Shown in pieces: positions 21,957 to 24,685 of a DNA stretch of 24,685 nt. This DNA is from Octopus sinensis (taxonomy: Eukaryota), in assembly GCF_006345805.1 (NCBI RefSeq), contig NW_021836323.1:1-24685 (forward strand). The letters are read 5' to 3'. The translations under genes and the position numbers were made by a program. The notes beneath the pieces are model-generated. The model was not told where the DNA came from, ran no database searches, and saw nothing but the letters and a program-made list of their open reading frames with translations. Within the stretch, counting starts at the first letter, position 1, and each line of letters opens with the position of its first letter.

Positions 21957-23351
21957 ATATATTATATATATTATATATATATATATATGGGTGTGTGTGT
22001 TACACATACAGACACACACATGTATGTCAGCCATAATACCTAGAAGGTGGTGTTTCTTTTCCACTCAACAATGTGAATGGAACTTTGACCAAGAAGAATT
22101 GATGTCGTCAGACAGCATCCAACGATCATTCTGTGTTTCGTTCCAGAATCGTAATGCCCATCACTTTGTGGAATAACAGATTTGGCCAAAGAACTGATCA
22201 TCATCTCCTCCTGACTCCCTACTCTTAATCCTCTCCCTTGCTGCATAACCAGTAAGGGCCTATTTCTGCAAACCAATCAGGCGCACAACTACCATGGGCT
22301 TCGATCTGTCCCGCTAATTTCAATGCTTTTAAACAGCCTCCGTAATCATGTACAAGTGTGACTGTATGTACATTCCAAGTCGTTGGTTTGCACATATGTA
22401 ACTGAAATATTGCATACAAGTGTCGCGCATTTTAATTAAAGACATACTTATCCTAATGTTACATTCTAAGATATTGTGTAGAAAACTGGGGCGAGCAAGG
22501 GCAAGTACAGCTGGTAAAATATGTAGAGAAATATCAACTGTATCAGTGAAGACCAGTAATTAAGAAATACAAGATACGAAATCAAAACAATTGATGAAAA
22601 GCATATATATATTATATATATATATGTGAATTTATATATATGTGTGGTATGTATGTATTTTTATATAATTATGCTTATGTGAGTGTGTGTGTGTATGTGT
22701 CTGTGTATGTGCGTGTGTGTGTGTGGTGTGTGTGTTAAACAAAAAGCTACTCCAAAATCCTAGTCTTGTTCTACTTAAAGTTCAATAAGTAGTGATACGC
22801 TGCTTTGCTTCTTCCTGACAATGTTGAAGACGCTATACTCCACCATATATACATGCATACATACCTACATAAAGTCATCATATATACATACATACATACA
22901 TTACCATATGTACATCTCTCTCTCTCTCTCTCTCTCTTATATACTATAATATATAATATATATATATATAATAAATATATATATATAATACATGTATATA
23001 TATATCTAGATATATACATATTATTATATTATATAATCTATTTATATATACATATATACACACACACAAACAGACACACACACACACACCATATATATAT
23101 ATAATATATATCTATATATATATATATGAAGAGGTAGAGAGGGTGTGATATACATTATTAACACCGTATACAATAACGTTTTTGTTGAGGCCCTATATAA
23201 CTATACACATAAACGCATCTAACATCACCGCATATACACATACACAGACATATATATATATATATATATACATCTTTAAACGTATCTTCGTGTGTAGCCT
23301 TTTGGAATACATTTGTTAAAGTACGCATCAGAATAAACGCGCCGAATCACA

Positions 23352-23520
23352 CACACACGTTTACACCGACACAAACACCCAAACAGAAACTCGCCTACAC
23401 ACTGACACACACGTTTACACCAACACAACACCCAAACAGAAACTCGCCTACACACTGACACACACGTTTACACCAAACCAACACCCAAACAGAAACTCGC
23501 CTACACACTGACACACACGT
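23352..23520. repeat. Minisatellite, 53-54-bp unit, about 3 copies
   Basis: The cgt anchor recurs at 23358, 23412, 23465 and 23518; unit acacacgtttacacc...cccaaacagaaactcgcctacacactgac. Confidence 0.92.
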
Positions 23521-23819
23521 ACACAATTAGCCTAATGTTATCATTCTTACCTCTAATTTTTCTGGGGCATTTTACACATGATCAGTGTTGTTAAATTATT
23601 GAGAGAAACACTTTTCGGCAGACATATTGATTAGTCGCCATTCACAAGTGACTGGACAACTGTTGCTAGAAGATAGCAGCAGATCGGCGCCATTATACGG
23701 TCAAGTTCTCTTATTGCGTTCCTGTCAGCGCTTTGTTTTATTTTTCTCTTTCCTCTTCCAACAATTTGTCAAGTGTTGTTATCTGTTTCTTTTCCCCCTC
23801 TCCCTCTTCATCTCTCTCT

Positions 23820-24151
23820 CTATATACACATAGTACATACATACATATAAATACATATATAAATATACATACATACATACACGTACATATATATATATAT
23901 ATATATTGGTACGTATATATATAAATATATGTATGTATGTATACATATATAAATATGTGTATATATACATATATATGGATGTATATGTATGTATATGTAT
24001 ATATATATGTATATGTATATATATATACACATATACATACATATATATATATATATTGGTGCATATAAATATAATGTAGATATAAATGTATGTATGTATA
24101 TGTATATGTATATTATATATTATATATTTATATATAACTATATATTATATA

Positions 24152-24187
<36 letters not shown>

Positions 24188-24330
24188 TGTATGTATGTGT
24201 GTATGTATATGCAGCGTTCTTTTTTTATTTGTTTTGGTCCGTGTATTTGCTGCGTTTTGTCTGTTTTTGTGGGCGTTCTTCTTCACTTGCTTCTAAAATG
24301 GCGATTTATCTCCAATATATATATATATAA
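23820..24330. repeat. Compound (TA)n/(TATG)n/(CATA)n simple-repeat block
   Basis: Directly visible. Confidence 0.95.
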
Positions 24331-24613
24331 GGAGAGAAACAAAACGAACATTAGAGGCAATGTAAAATGAAAGAAATGGAAGGTAAATAAAGCAGTGTAA
24401 ACAGATGTTGGAGTGAATAAAGTCACTTATTGAATTCGTTACTAAAATATAATTGTTTAAAAGTTACTATTCTCTTTCCCACTCTTAATCGTTTAGGAAT
24501 ATAGGCACATGTTTCATGAACAAGATAGAAAGTCTTCTTATCGTTCAATAGCGTTAACGGAATATTGGTTTAGATGTTTCAGCGCTTCAGATATAAGCTG
24601 CCAATAGTTTGCT

Positions 24614-24676
24614 GTATTTCTTTCTGTTGCGTACGTTCTGAGTTCGAATTCCATGCAACCGACATCGACTTTCGTT
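24614..24676 (+). mobile_element. Old degenerate fragment of SINE family B
   Basis: gtatttc...tacgttctgagttcgaattcc...tcgacttt aligns with 18510-18561, including the B box. Confidence 0.55.
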
Positions 24677-24685
24677 TCTCCGTGT

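Noticed and set aside
21991-22419. Short ORFs in a non-repetitive stretch, considered as host exons
   Set aside because: No recognisable domain and no splice structure I can support.
23352-23520. Regularly spaced repeats considered as a CRISPR array
   Set aside because: Units are identical end to end with no unique spacers, the context is eukaryotic and there are no cas genes.
5368-24370. Many ORFs rich in YI/IY, CV/VC, HT and LS dipeptides
   Set aside because: They are translations of (TA)n, (CA)n and (TATC)n microsatellites, not genes.

Overview
AT-rich, microsatellite-dense animal non-coding DNA. The SINE families and repeat landscape resemble Octopus/cephalopod DNA (inference from recalled motifs, not a database result). 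No host protein-coding gene can be supported. Bases 1-5036 hold a 5'-clipped, frameshifted Tx1/L1-clade non-LTR retrotransposon: zinc-knuckle ORF1; APE-RT-CCHC ORF2; 3' UTR ending in AATAAA directly followed by (TATC)n. The rest is a mosaic of tRNA-derived SINEs (at least three families), RTE-clade fragments, mariner fragments, long foldbacks and simple repeats. Two signals stand out. (1) A dispersed set of type I hammerhead ribozyme motifs of the Penelope/retrozyme kind: one has a fully canonical core (21735-21823, minus) and sits inside a 78-bp inverted duplication that could block it, one is near-intact (19934-19973, minus), and several are decayed. (2) The Tx1 element and a SINE at 18461-18690 share a 3'-terminal stem-loop/tail, suggesting a Tx1-mobilised SINE. 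All structures were read by eye and not computed.
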